64,000 bases of DNA, taken from positions 868,001 through 932,000 of the forward strand of contig OY253684.1 of NCBI GenBank assembly GCA_958009085.1, read 5' to 3'. Positions 40,601 to 53,200 of the stretch are shown one piece after another. The position numbers and the translations under genes are program-made. Position 1 is the first letter of the stretch; every line of letters starts with the position of its first letter. The notes beneath the pieces are model-generated. The model did no database searches, was not told where the DNA came from, and worked only from the letters and a program-made list of their open reading frames with translations. This stretch comes from Protoeuglena noctilucae (lineage: Eukaryota).

Positions 40601-40897
40601 CCCGCGTTCGCAGCCGCCGGCTTTGGATCAAGGTGCCGGTTCCACGCCTGCCCTGCAGTCCGTCTTCCAGTTCACGGCGCCCCCGCCACTGTCGTGGATC
40701 ATGCACTTCGGTTTCCCGCTCTTCATGCTCCCCCTCACGGGTGACGGCGCGGCGCAGAGTCCTGTTTCGCGACGCAGGCTCGCCGGACGTGTCGTTGGCA
40801 CGCCGAGACCCATCTGTAGCCCTCGGCCGCAGAGTATGCCAAGTACAAGGCGATTGTGCAGCCCAACAGCCCCTGGGCGAGGTGGATTCCCTTCTAA
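34619..40897 (+). CDS. P-type ATPase, P2C (Na+/K+- or H+/K+-ATPase alpha-like), copy 1
   Basis: [108 protein letters not shown]. Ends ...WARWIPF-TAA (40895-40897). Confidence 0.93.
38878..39815 (+). repeat. 938-bp block identical to 45396-46333 (four exon pieces plus three introns)
   Basis: Offset 6518. The ORF-track translations across both regions are identical in several frames, and no mismatch was seen by eye. Confidence 0.92.
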
Positions 40898-41755
40898 GAA
40901 CGTGGCTGGGGCAGACCCTCCTGGCTGTGCCACTGGCGGGCGGGCGCCTCGGCCATCTGTGCGAGGCGCATCGCTAGCGTTCCATTCGTTTGAAGCAAAG
41001 CTCGCGGCCGGGCGCTTGAGCACCGCGAAGGACTCGTCTCCTTCGGCTTCGAGCCGCCGCGGGCTTGTCAAGGCTCGCTTGAGCCCAGCGAGGGCTGGTT
41101 TGTGATCCAAATGGGCAAGAATGAGGGCGCCGGCAAGGCTTCGGCCGGAGACGCCGGGGCGGGGGAAATGAAGGCGAGGACGCGGGCCCAATGTTGCGCC
41201 CCAGTCAAAATCGGGGCCCGTTTGGCGGCCCTTCCGGTAGTTTATTAATGATTTTGGCGGGTGGGTCTGCCTTCGGGGGCTTACAGGGGCCGTGGGCGTC
41301 GAAATTTCGGGGTGCAGCGGGCTGGGTGGCCTTCCTGGATCGCGGCGAATATGCGGGCGGCGCGGCCTTTTTGCGGGAAGCAAACCCCCGCCGCACCTTT
41401 CAATGGTCCACCTCCACCTGAGGATCTCTTGCTAGCCCCTTATTTCCCGCGGGGCCGTGGGAGGAGGCTGACGACTGGGCCCGCCACGTCCCCTCGCCGC
41501 CCCTCGGCGGCCAATGGCAGCAATTCCGCGCGTCTTACGTGACATTTATGGTCGAATTAAGCCATTGGCGCCCGCATACAGGCTGCAGTTGCTAAGCAGC
41601 GGCGCAGATGCGGGATGAGGGGCCCACGCATGCTCCCTGGGCCGTTCGCGGCCCCGCGCCGCGCCTGCGGTCAGCGCTGCTTTCCCTGCGCCATAAATTC
41701 ACGCAAGATGTAGTTTTCGCTCCACTATAGCCCCGTCAAGGGTCCCTGTCGGGAG

Positions 41756-44700
41756 ATGGGCAGCCCTATGCAGGATCTGTGGGAGCGCAGTCGTGGCCGT
41801 CCGCGCGTGGCATTCGCCCATCCCACGCAGTGTCCTGAGGACGAGTCACCTCAGGGCCGCCGAACCGGCCCCGTGGCGACGCCCCTCGCAGAAGTATACG
41901 GTGTCGGAGCACAAGCAGACCGTGGAGGAGGTGGCGGCCGCCGTCGGCACGCACATCGACCCCCACGAGATCAAGAAGTCGAAAGGACTCTCGATCGCTG
42001 AAGCGAAGGCGCGCCTGGTGAGGCTCGCTGCGCCGCGGCGTGGGCTGTGAAGGCATGCGTCCCCCCTATCGGCTCGCTGCGCACTCCGGCGCCGCCTGAT
42101 CCCCGCAAGCGATTGTCGTTGACTCCTGCTTGACTCCGAGACTGACCCGCGCAGGTCGGAGGCGGAATGAGCGAGCCTTGACCTCTCACGCTAGCCGTTG
42201 ACCGCCTCCCTGCACCCTGCCTGCAGGAGAAGAACGGCCCCAACATGCTCAAGCCCAAGGAGAAGGTGCCGGAGATTGTCAAGTTCCTCCTGCAATTTAC
42301 CAACCTGCTCATCGTCCTCCTCATCGTGGCTGCCATCCTCACCTTCATCGCCTATGCCGTCCAGGCGAGCGTCATGCCAAAGTGGCAGACGAGCATCCGA
42401 CAAAGCCAACGAGTGGATTGCAGCTGCGTGACTCCTGCCGAAGCATCCTCCCCCCGCAGACCCCCCGCGACAACCGCAACGTCGCCCTGGCGTGCATCTT
42501 GGTGGCGGTCATCATCCTCACGTGCGCCATGTCCTACTGGCAGGAGCACGCCGCCGAGTCGGTCATGAACTCCCTCCTGCAGCTCATCCCCACCGAGTGC
42601 GCCGTCATCCGCGACGGTGTCGAGTCCCGGGTCAAGGCCATCGAGGTGACCCATTCCACTCATTCGACAGAGCACGAGCCACGGTAATCCCATCTCCATT
42701 CCCGATCTTGTGCACTCCCCTGCTCCACGCAGCTCGTGCTGGGCGACGTGGTCCGCCTGGGCCTGGGCGACCGTGTGCCGGCCGACATGCGCATCATCGC
42801 ATCGAGCGAGCTCAAGGTCGAGACGAGTTCGCTGACGGGCGAGACGGACGCCATTGGCCTGGATGCCGCCGGTGACGCGCGTGCACAAGCGCTTTTCCGA
42901 ACTCCCACACCACACCTGTTGTGAATGCACTGCGCTTTGCCTGCACCCGGATGCACTAGCCCACCGGAACTCACCTACTGGATTCCTTGACTGCCGTCGC
43001 AGTTTCCAACGAAGAGCTGCCGACCGAGGCCCGCAACCTGGCCTTCATGAGTTCCCTGGTCATGACGGGCGAGGGCTGGGGCGTGGTCATCCGCACGGGC
43101 GATGACACCATGATCGGCTCCATCGCCAGCCTCGCCACGGGTGAGGAAGAGTGGAGCGAAGCACTAGCTAAAGTAGAGTGAAGCACCATTTGGCTTCCGT
43201 GGGTGCCCATTAGCCATCGAGTGGCGGGCAGGCGGGCCCCAGGTGAACACCCATGTCAAGGTCCGTGGCCCGCAGCGACCAAGACGGAGAAGTCGACGCT
43301 GCAGATCGAGGTCAAGCGCTTCGCCATGTTCATCGCCGGCCTCGCCATCGTGACTGGCGTCATCTTCTTCATCATTGCCCTCGCGACCGGGTGAGGCGCC
43401 GCAAGCACTGTCCTAGCCCCACCGCCACGCGCCATCCCGCCCCTGGAAGCAAGCAAGGCGACTTCCCTGCTTGCAGGCTGGGCATCGCCCAGGCCCTCGT
43501 GACCGGCCTCATCACTGTGCTGGTCGCCAACGTGCCTGAGGGGCTGCCTGCCACTGTCACCACGCAGCTCACCGTGTCTGCGGATCGGATGCGGAAGCAG
43601 AACGTGCTCGTGAAGCGCATGGACATGATTGAGGTAGGTGGTTGTGCTTGTGTTTGAGCAGCAGCACATGACGTCGTGCTGTCACAGGGCGCACACCCTG
43701 CTCGTCCCTGTCTCAACCCCCGCAGACGCTGGGGTCGGTGACGGTGATCGCGTCGGACAAGACGGGCACGCTGACGCAGAACCGCATGACGGTGGAGAAC
43801 CTCTGGGTGGACGGCCAGCTGTTCCCCGCGCAGTCCGTGTCGGGTGCCGTGATCATGGCCCAGGTTCGCAAGGCCCAGGAGCGCAGCTCCATCTCCCGGA
43901 TCAGCCAGAGGCCCACCAACCGCGAGTCTATGTCCAAGATCGTGCGCGCGTCCATGCGCCCCGCCAACCAGCCCAAGCTCGCCAATGTGTCGGGTGGGTG
44001 GCGCCGCCTGAATTCCTGCTGGCAAGCCAGGGTGTCTCCCGGCATCCACGTTGCTCACCAACCTTGCCCCTTCTTTGCCCCGCAGAGGAGGCCGAGATGC
44101 AGGTCCGTGAGGGCGATTACAAGCCCGGCGACAACTTCAACGTGGTGAACAACAGCGCCAACATCGCCTCCCGCATCAGCATCGGCCGCCGGTCGGTGAT
44201 GACGGGCGAGGGCAGCCTGAAGATCGAGGACGAGGTGGTGGTGAGGGAGCCTTGGCGTGTTGGAATGTAGCGACGCCCAGCGCAGCACGCGTGGGCAAGG
44301 TCGGGGCCCTTGCGACCCTTGTGACCCCTGTGCATGCGCTCGCGCCCGCAGCCGGCCGGCAACAAGGCGACCTCCCCCAAGTCGGTCGAGGCCACGAGCC
44401 CCGGGGGCGGCCGCCTGGCGCGTCTGTCGCAGCGCACCAACCAGCTCCTGCAGGCGCTGCAGGGGGCGGCGCAGATGAGCCAGGGCAAGCTGGCCTGGGG
44501 CAGCGCGTCCCCCCTCGAGCGCCTCATTACCATAGGGTGCATCAACAACGAGGCGCGCCCCATCGCCGACTCTGCCACGGGCGAGGTGGAGAAGGACAGC
44601 AAGGGCCAGGTCAAGCTGTCCGGCAACGCCACCGACCAGGGCATCCTGCGGTACTGCATGGGCGTCATGGACGTGGACAGCACCAACCGACAGAACCCCA

Positions 44701-47343
44701 TCACGTTCCGGCTGCCCTTCAACAGCGTCAACAAGTTCGCCATCACTGTCTGCAACGCGGCGGGCGGCACTGCCAACGAGGACGGCAAGCAGACGCAGTT
44801 GATGCTCATGAAGGGCGCCCCGGAGTACGTCATCAAGCGGTGCAAGCGGTGAGCCGCGCCACGGAGACTTGGTGATGCCAGCTGCACCGTGGCTGCGTGT
44901 GATGGTGGCCCCACCCTGCGTCCATCCCTCCCCCGCCCCGCAGTTATCTGGACAGGAACAACACAATCAAGGACATGGACGAGGCCTACCAGGAGGACAT
45001 GATGGCCGCCTATGAGCGCTGCGGCCTCCTCGGCGAGCGCGTCATCGGCCTGGCCTTCAAGGAGGCAGGCGAGGATACACTGACCATGGCAGCCGAGAAG
45101 GGCCAGCTGCAGTGGCATGGCTTGACGGCAATTGTGACCCACACCGTTCCTGCAGAGGCCCGCAACCCCCAGGAGTGGGGTGAGGCATGCAAGGCTGGCG
45201 AGGTGCTGCAGGACTTTGTCTTCACGGGTCTCATCAGTCTCGTGGACCCGCCCAAGGTCGGAGTCATGGAGGCCGTGCTCGAGGTAAGTGACTGACAACT
45301 CATGGCTCCAATGCTGTCGCGTGGGCATGAGGTTTGGCGGTGCCAGTGCACGTCGCATCGTCACTTTGCCACGACTTTGCCACGACTATTGCATGCAGTG
45401 CCGCACGGCGGGCATCCGCGTCGTCATGGTCACCGGCGACCACCCCCTTACGGCCGAGGCCATCGCCCGCAAGGTCGGCATCATCACCAAGGCGAGTGCT
45501 GGCGCCCTCCGCTCGCACAGGGCCAGGCCTGGCCGCACTGTGCAACTGTCGGCTCTCACAGCCGCCGCCCCTTATGTTTTGCAGAAGACGCCCGCCGAGC
45601 TGTCCAAGGAGGATGGCCGGCCGGTGGACATCAGCGACGAGCGTGCCCGCGCCGTGGTCATCCCGGGGTCCCAGATCGTTGAGATGACGACGGAGGAGCA
45701 GTGGGACGCGGTGCTGACGAAGGACGAGATCGTGTTCGCGCGCACCACGCCGCAGCAGAAGCTCGAGGTCAGCAGGGCGGGGGCGAGGGCGGCAGGCGGG
45801 GCACATGCTGCGGGGCGGGGCTGGCATGCTGGCGGGGGCGAGGGTGGCAGACAGCGGGGTCGCTGAGCGGCGCTGTGGCCTGCACTGAGCCCGGCATTGT
45901 GTCATCAGCCATCTCACAAAGCCCCGCCTCGCTCGCAGATCGTGAGCAACCTGCAGCGGCTCAAGGAGGTGGTGGCGGTGACGGGCGACGGCGTGAACGA
46001 CTCGCCGGCGCTGAAGCGCGCCCAGGTCGGCGTGGCCATGGGGTCCCCGGAGGCCAGCGACGTGGCACGCGACGCGGCCAGCGTCATCCTGCTGGACGAC
46101 AACTTTGCGTCCATCGTCACCGGTGAGGGGTGGGAGGGTGGCCTAGGGGGCAGAGGGCAGAGGGGCGGTGAAGCAGCGGCAGAAGCTAAGCTACGGCAGA
46201 CACGAGCGATGAGCATGAGACTCTGCGAGCGCCGAGCCGCCCACCACCCCGCAGGCATCCGGGAGGGGCGCATCCTGTTCGACAACCTGGTCAAGACGGT
46301 CACCTACACGGTCACCCACCTGGTGCCGGAGCTTTTCCCCATCTTCTTCAACATCGCTCTCGGCTTCCCCCTGCCGCTGTCGGGTAACTCGCAGGCCCTG
46401 CCAGTGTCGTCTTGGCCACCCGCGGCGGCATTTCTGGCATGTCATGGAATAAAACGCTTTTCCCACCCCGCCCTGACCCCCAGGCCTTCTCATCGTCCTC
46501 ATCGACCTCATCACGGAGCAGGCCCCCGCCATCTCCCTGGCCTACGAGCCTGCCGAGGCCAGCGTCATGGAGCGCCCCCCGCGGGACATGAAGCGCGACC
46601 GCCTGGCCTCGTGGCCCGTCATCCGCTACGCCTACCTGTACGCCGGCATGTGGGAGAGCTTCCTCTGCCTCATCGCATACCTCATCGTCTTCTGGCAGCA
46701 CGACATCAACATCTCCAAGTATGTGGCCTTTGCCGGTGGCAACAAGTTCCAGCCCCAGGCGGTCAACAACCGGTCCTTCGTCACCAACACGGGCCAGGTC
46801 ATCACCGCGGACGACCAAGTCCGCCTGCTGGGCCAGGCCCAGGCCGGTGAGCCACCGCCGCAGAGAGAGCGTCAGGCGCATGCAGCTCGCGACTCATGCC
46901 CGCTCACGCTCCGCTCCGTGCTTGCCCGCAGCGTGGTGGCTGACGCTCATCATGTGCCAGTTCTGGCACATCTGGATCTGCAAGACGCGGTTCGTGCCCA
47001 TCGCGCGCAAGGCTGCCCTCGAGCACTTCAAAAACACCATCACCTGGTACGGGCTCGCCATCGAGTTCGCCATCATCATCCTCATCGTGTATGTGCCGGG
47101 CCTGCAGGGCCTCTTCGGGACCTCCCCGCCCCCCGGGGCCGTCTGGGTCGTCCACTTCGGTTTCCCTCTCTTCATGCTGCCGCTCACTGGTGAGGCAGAC
47201 AGCCCCGCTCCCACATCACCATCTGCCCTCCAGCCTCGGGTACCCTGCTTCACCTCACCTCATCCATCGCGCCCGCAGACTTCGCCAAGCACAAGGCTCT
47301 CAATGAGCCCAACAGCCTCTGGGCCAAATGGATTGTGTTCTGA
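41756..47343 (+). CDS. P-type ATPase, P2C (Na+/K+- or H+/K+-ATPase alpha-like), copy 2
   Basis: Same motif set with canonical [13 protein letters not shown]. First secure exon starts at 41892 (KYTVSEHKQ). Ends ...WAKWIVF-TGA (47341-47343). The start codon is uncertain. Confidence 0.93.
45396..46333 (+). repeat. Second copy of the 938-bp identical block
   Basis: Matches 38878-39815 including introns. Confidence 0.92.
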
Positions 47344-48256
47344 GACCCTCGACAGACTCACTGCTGCCCTGCTCTTGCTCTCGTTCCCGTCAGGCGTCGT
47401 GCTTGCCACCGCTCCTGCGATCCCATAATTGCGGGTAGAAACACTCCACCTTTTTTCGCTCGCGTCCTTAAAGCGCTTTCCGCTTGCGGCTCCGACGTGT
47501 CAGGAGTGTGTGAAGCGAACAAGTAATACCACATGGCCGCTGGCGGAGATTGACGTCTCTGTTCGCACTGCAAGCGTCTCTGCGCAGGCGGGTCAGGGCA
47601 GCGGCTTGAGGGACGCGTGGACCCTGGTTTTGCGAGGTGAGCGCCGTCAACACACCTCTATGGGAGTAGCCGGCAGGTCTCAACCTGATCTTCTTCTTTA
47701 TTATTTGCGATGGCTGCGGTTTCGCCTGCTCTGGGCCCCGCTGGCCAGCGCACGACTCCCGCCATCCGTGAGGCGTGCGCATTACCGGCCCGAAAAGCTC
47801 GTGGCAGCACCGGCGTTTCATAACAATCGTACAGCCCCACAGGCAGAGCAATCGCATCTCCTTGATCGACCTGTGGGTCTTGCCTGGGCCACCAGCGCGC
47901 TTCCACCTCGCACCCGCCCCGCATCAACCTCTCACACACCACTTATATGACGTTGTGCAGCTTGCGAGAATTTCAGGCTGCCTCTCGCGAGCGGCAGGCG
48001 CCTGGGCGCTGGCATGTCGATCCTGCGGCGCCTCGCGCGGCTTTCACCCGGCGAGCCTCGCCGAGCGGCGTGCCTTGTCATTATGCGCTGATTTTGTCAA
48101 TACGCAGGTCATACGTGGGTCCAAACGCGCGCTGCCGTTCTCCCGGACCCTCGCAGGTGCCAGGGTGACCCTTCGCCTCTGCGGAGGCCCCGCGGAGTGA
48201 CCGGGCGGCCATGGCGACCCTTACCGTTGGCAGTGAGTCAGTCTTGCTTCCCGGAT

Positions 48257-49952
48257 ATGGTTGCGTCAGCAAAGAAGGCGGCCTGGGCTCACCCAGGGCG
48301 CGACCCCTCCGTCGCAGACGTCGACGCGGGCCCCATGTTTGGCTACCAGGAGGGCGCCCATGTGCCGGGGTATACGGGCCACATTCCGGCAATGCGCACG
48401 CACGTGCACGGCCAGACCTACGCCAAGACGACGGTGAACGCGGTGAGTGCCAAGGCTTCGTTTACATCACCTCCGGGGCAGTCTGTGAAGCCACTCCCTG
48501 GCAGCAGTGGCTCAGCCCCGAGTCGGACTGCCCGCCGCTCTTTCACCCCACGCAGCGCACGGCGTCGGAGCTCCTCCGCGAGGGCCTCAACCCCAGCGGC
48601 CTGGAGGAGCTGGTGGACCGCCGCCCCCAGGGCCGCAACTTCCTCTACGCCCAGTGCACCAGCAAGGGCGCCACGATGTACCGCGACGGGACGCTCGCCG
48701 CCCCCCCGCCCTCGTACCAGCTCCCCACCCGGCAGACGGCGTCCCTCCCCGCGCTGTCGTTCCAGGCCCGGGAGTTTGTGGGCCGCAAGGTCCCCTCGGA
48801 GGCCATCCCCACCACGCGCAAGCTGGGCAACCGGCAGATCCCGGGCTACACGGGCCACATCCACGGCATGCAGCACGTCTACGGCACGTCGTTCGGGGAG
48901 CTGAGCGCCGCCCTCCGCGCCTCCGCCCTCGACACCACCCGCTCCAGCCTCAACCTCGTGGGGTACGGGGAGTTCAAGCCCCAGGCGCCCCCGCTGCAGG
49001 GGGAGGGGGAGCGCATCCCTGGGTACACGGGTGAGAGTCAGGCAGTTACGGGGGGCACCCCACCCACGGCGGATGTTGGGAACGCGCCCCAGGCATGTGT
49101 GGGCGACTTCGGTCACATGCACACCCGTTCCTAAGCCCTCGCACTGTGGCTCCTCCCTCGCGACGGTCCTCGCTCCTGTCACCCGCCTCTCGCAGGCCAC
49201 ATCCCCGCCAAGGACCGCCACATCTACGCCCACACGTACGGCCAGTCCACGCGGCTGGCGCGCGACGCCGTGGGCGTGCAGAGGCAGGGTCTCCCGGCTT
49301 CCATGCTCCCGGAGCTGGTCGACCACCGCCCCCAGGGCCGCTGCGACCTTTACACCCAGAAGCGGTCCTCCGACCTGGCCACCACGAGCGAGCTCCGCGA
49401 CCGCACCGGCATGATCCCGCCCCACTACCGCAACAGCATCGACAGGTGAGACCCGGCTTGGCAGCTTGGCCCATGCGACCCGGGCGGACACTTACAGGGC
49501 TTCCGATCCACATGCGACGCGTCGCTTCCTGCCCCCTGCAGGTTTGAGCTGGCGGCTTCCCGCGCGCACAAGTCCAAGCACGCCGGCCGACTCTCCCAGA
49601 GCGCGCACTGCCTGCCGGGGTGAGAGCAAGGCGCGCTGCAGCAGCAATGCGCAGGGAGGGTCCTCAAGCGTGGGTGCGCGAGGCGTGGATCAAGCCCCTT
49701 GGTCGCAGGTACACCGGTCACATCCACGGCGATCAGCACGTGTATGGGATCACGTACGGCAAGATGACGGGGTCCATCCTGGAGCACGGCGTGGCCAAGC
49801 CCGTCACCCCGGCCCTCCTCAAGGTGACCTTGCCAGTGGCCACCGTACAGCACCCGCGTGGACGCAGGGCATCTGTAATGATTAGTCTTTCCTGCCCGCA
49901 GTACGAAGACACGCGTCCCCAGCGACAGGGAGGCATGGCGATCAAGTTTTAG
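48257..49952 (+). CDS. FAM166/CIMIP2-like PGYTGH-repeat protein (probable ciliary microtubule inner protein)
   Basis: Four motifs VPGYTGHIP, IPGYTGHIHG, IPGYTGHIP and LPGYTGHIHG, each followed by a (V/I)(H/Y)..T(Y/F)G-like segment. Internal two-fold repeat ELVD(R/H)RPQGR. Six exons, ending GMAIKF-TAG. Confidence 0.75.
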
Positions 49953-50227
49953 CGGCCCCATGTCAGGCAGGTCTGCCCGACGGGTCCTGCAGCGCTGCCG
50001 ACTTGAAGCAGCAATAGCGATTGAAAGATTACCGCATTTTTGGTTCCGTTCCTAGGGCGTCGACCGATCGCGCCCTGGGGGAGAGGAGAGGGCGTGCACG
50101 AGATGGCATCGTTTGTTTGATGATGCCGTCTGCGCTCGTGTAGCCCCACTTCCTGCATTTTATGGTTTCCTGTAGCAGCACAGCAGTAGCATAGGATCTC
50201 GCGCGGGGCCCGAACCTGCAAACAGCC

Positions 50228-53200
50228 ATGTCGCTGTTTCTCTCGGGGACGCGTGCGTTTCCCGAGCCTTCCGACCTGCCGGGGTCTCGAAATGCGTGCG
50301 ACGAATATGTCAGGTGAATATTTCGATCAACGCGCCGACGTGCGCGGCCTCGGCGGCTCATACATTTAACGCCGACTACCCTCGGCCTTGCGCGACGCGA
50401 TGCGACACACGGGCCGGCGCCCGCCCCCCGCAGAGGCAGCCCTTATCAATCGGATGGCGGCGCAGACCGCGAGACTGCCGACCATGGTCCCCCAAGGCCC
50501 TCGGGTGACTGCCTGTTGATGAATGACCCCGGATCCACGGACAAAACGAACTGCCGTGGCGTCAAACGCATTCCCCCCCCCCCCGCCCCTCCCCCCCCCC
50601 CCCCCCCCCCCCCGCAGTCGATCGAAAGTCGCCGCCGGGGTCGCTGCTCGTCTCCTCCGCGGTAGGATCGGGGCAGGTCCCGCAGGGGGGGTCCTCACGC
50701 CCGCCCCGCTCCGCCGAGCGCCGCTGGACGGCCGCGCCGCCGCAGTCCCATTCCCGCAGCATTACCGACAGCGCCTCCCTGGTCGATGCCGGCAGCCTGC
50801 CCCGAGACGCGGGCGCCACGCCCGACCCCATCCTTCACCCCAGCGCGTCCCCATTCCTCGCCCGCGTGGGGAACCAAGCCGGCACCCTCGCCGGCCACGG
50901 CGCGATCCGCCACATCCTGGCTCCTTTCGCCAGCGATTCGCACCCTACCACTCCCCAGGCAGGGACCCCCACGGGGCATGGCGAGCGCAGCCCGCGAGGC
51001 GTGCCGCTGCCCAGGGGTCCTTTAGGGGTGGAGAAGCCCCGCCGGCAGTCCGAGACCCCTGCCAAGGTGGACCGTCGCGTGCCGATGGTGCCGCCGGTGG
51101 TGGGGGAGGGGTCAGCGCACTCGCGGGGCGGCCCCTTGCCTGGCGCCGCAACCGCCTGGCACCACATGCACTGGGACACGGACGGCAACGACAGCGAGGT
51201 GACGAGACAAGGGCAGATCGCATGACAGTGGCACTGGCGTGGCACCCGAACCGTTCCTTCTCGCGCCCCACACACGGACGCGTGACCCCGCCCGTCTTCG
51301 CACCGCAGATCGGCTACCCCCGCCACTTCTCCAGCGCCGACCTCCTCGTCCCTCGCCGCGCGCTGCCCGTCCCCGCCCCCCCCCCCCCCCCCGCCCCGGC
51401 CTCCGCGGCTCCCTCGCGGCCTGGGCTGCCCGCGTGTGGGACCAGCTCCTGGGTGGCGAGGCCCACACGCTCGTGCACGGGGTGGAGGTCAAGGCGGACA
51501 ACACCGTCCGCGTCATGCTGCTGGGTCTCGTGTGGCTGCTGGGGACCATGGGGTTTCTGGTATGGGAGGGGGTCGACAACCCTTGCGGGTGGATGCGGTG
51601 GTGAGCGCCGGCAGCCGTCCGAAGGCGGTGGCGGGCACGTGCGCAAGCGAGCCTCGCCGCCGCCGACACCCCCCCCGCTCCCGCTCCCGCCCCAGGCTGG
51701 CCGGCCGCCCCATGCCCCCCGAGCTCTGCTCCCCGTCGGCCACTGCCGCCGGCCTGGTGCTGCTGGCCCTCCATGCCCTCGTCGCGGTCGCCTTCTTCTT
51801 CGTGCTCCCCATCGCCGCGCCTCTGAGCATCAAGGCGAGTCCATCAATGACATGGATGCTGTATACCAGTGGTTCGACACATTCACTGCGACCCGCTCTG
51901 GAAGCGCACCCCACCCACGCGCCATGCCATCCCCGCGCAGTCCCGCATGCCCCTCGCCGCTGCCCTCATCACGGCCAGCTTCCTCGGTGTCGCCATCTGC
52001 CACGCGGCCGGTGGCATGGCGCCAAAGCAGGCCACGCAGGCATCGGTGGGGAGGCAGCACCGGTGAGTCACACCCGTGGTCGTCACGTGACCTGCCTGTC
52101 ATATGACTTCGTCTTACACACACGGTTGCCTGCCTGTCATACGACTGCCAGCCACACAGCTGCCTGCCTGCCACGCAACACCTCCCCACGCCCCGCCCCC
52201 CCCCCCCGCCCCCCCCGAAGCCGCCTGGGCGTGGCCGTAGCAGATATGGGCATCGGCTACACCCTCGCGCCCCTCTTCCTCACCGCCATGCTCGTCGGCC
52301 AGTGCCCCGGGGAGTCCCCCTGGATCCGCCGCGCCATCTACGCCACCTCAGGCATCGCCTACGTCGCCTTCTGCGAGACCCTCGCCCACCGCCTCTCGCG
52401 CGCCTTGGCCCTCCCCCTCGGCCCCGCCGATCACGCCCTCATGTTCACCGGCCTCCTCGGCATCCTCCTCCTCGCCCTGGTCTGGCACAGCATATGCTCG
52501 GCCAGGTGACCGCACGCACGCACGCACGCATGTAGATGCAGCCAATGACGCTCGCGTGAGCACCCACGGTGTCGCTCCACCGAGCTCGGTGCATGTATGA
52601 GCACCCACCGCGTCCTTCTACGCTCCGCATATATATAGTCCTATGCATGCACCGCGTCACCCCGCTCCCCACAGCCACGCCTGGGCGACCGGTCCCCGTG
52701 CCATCGCCTGGCAGACGCGTGGCATCCTCACCCTGGCGTGGCTCTCCTCCCTCCTCCTCCTCGTCTACGGCCTGGGCTTCCTCATCACGTGAGGGACTCA
52801 CATGGCGCGCCATGGCATGCACGCGCACGCAGACCACACATGCCATGCGGCGACCATGACAGCTCCGTTCCATGCAACCATGACTGCTGTGTTCCATGCC
52901 CGACAGCCCAGGGTTAGCGTCGCGACACCCGCCCCACCACCCGCCCCTCGCAGCCAGATGGTGGTCCCCCTGCGCGGCTGGATGCTCCTGCTGGCTGCCG
53001 TGGCCATCGCCGGGGCCGCGCGTGCGGGCAACCTGGCCGGCATGGCGGCACGCGACCGCCTCCTCGCGCAGATGCTGCCGGCCGACGCCGCGCGCGACGT
53101 CCTCGACCGCATCGCCAGGGACGACACCAAGGCGAGACGAGAGAGGGGCAGTCGGTCGCACAGCCTATAGCCACGGAGCCTGCCCCTCGTCTGCGCGATG

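Noticed and set aside
40900..41750. Possible MITE or ncRNA between the ATPases; inverted GCCAATGGC/GCCATTGGC pair at ~41510 and ~41561
   Set aside because: No terminal inverted repeats with target-site duplication and no recognisable RNA family. The 9-bp inverted pair is too short to call beyond possible CCAAT boxes.
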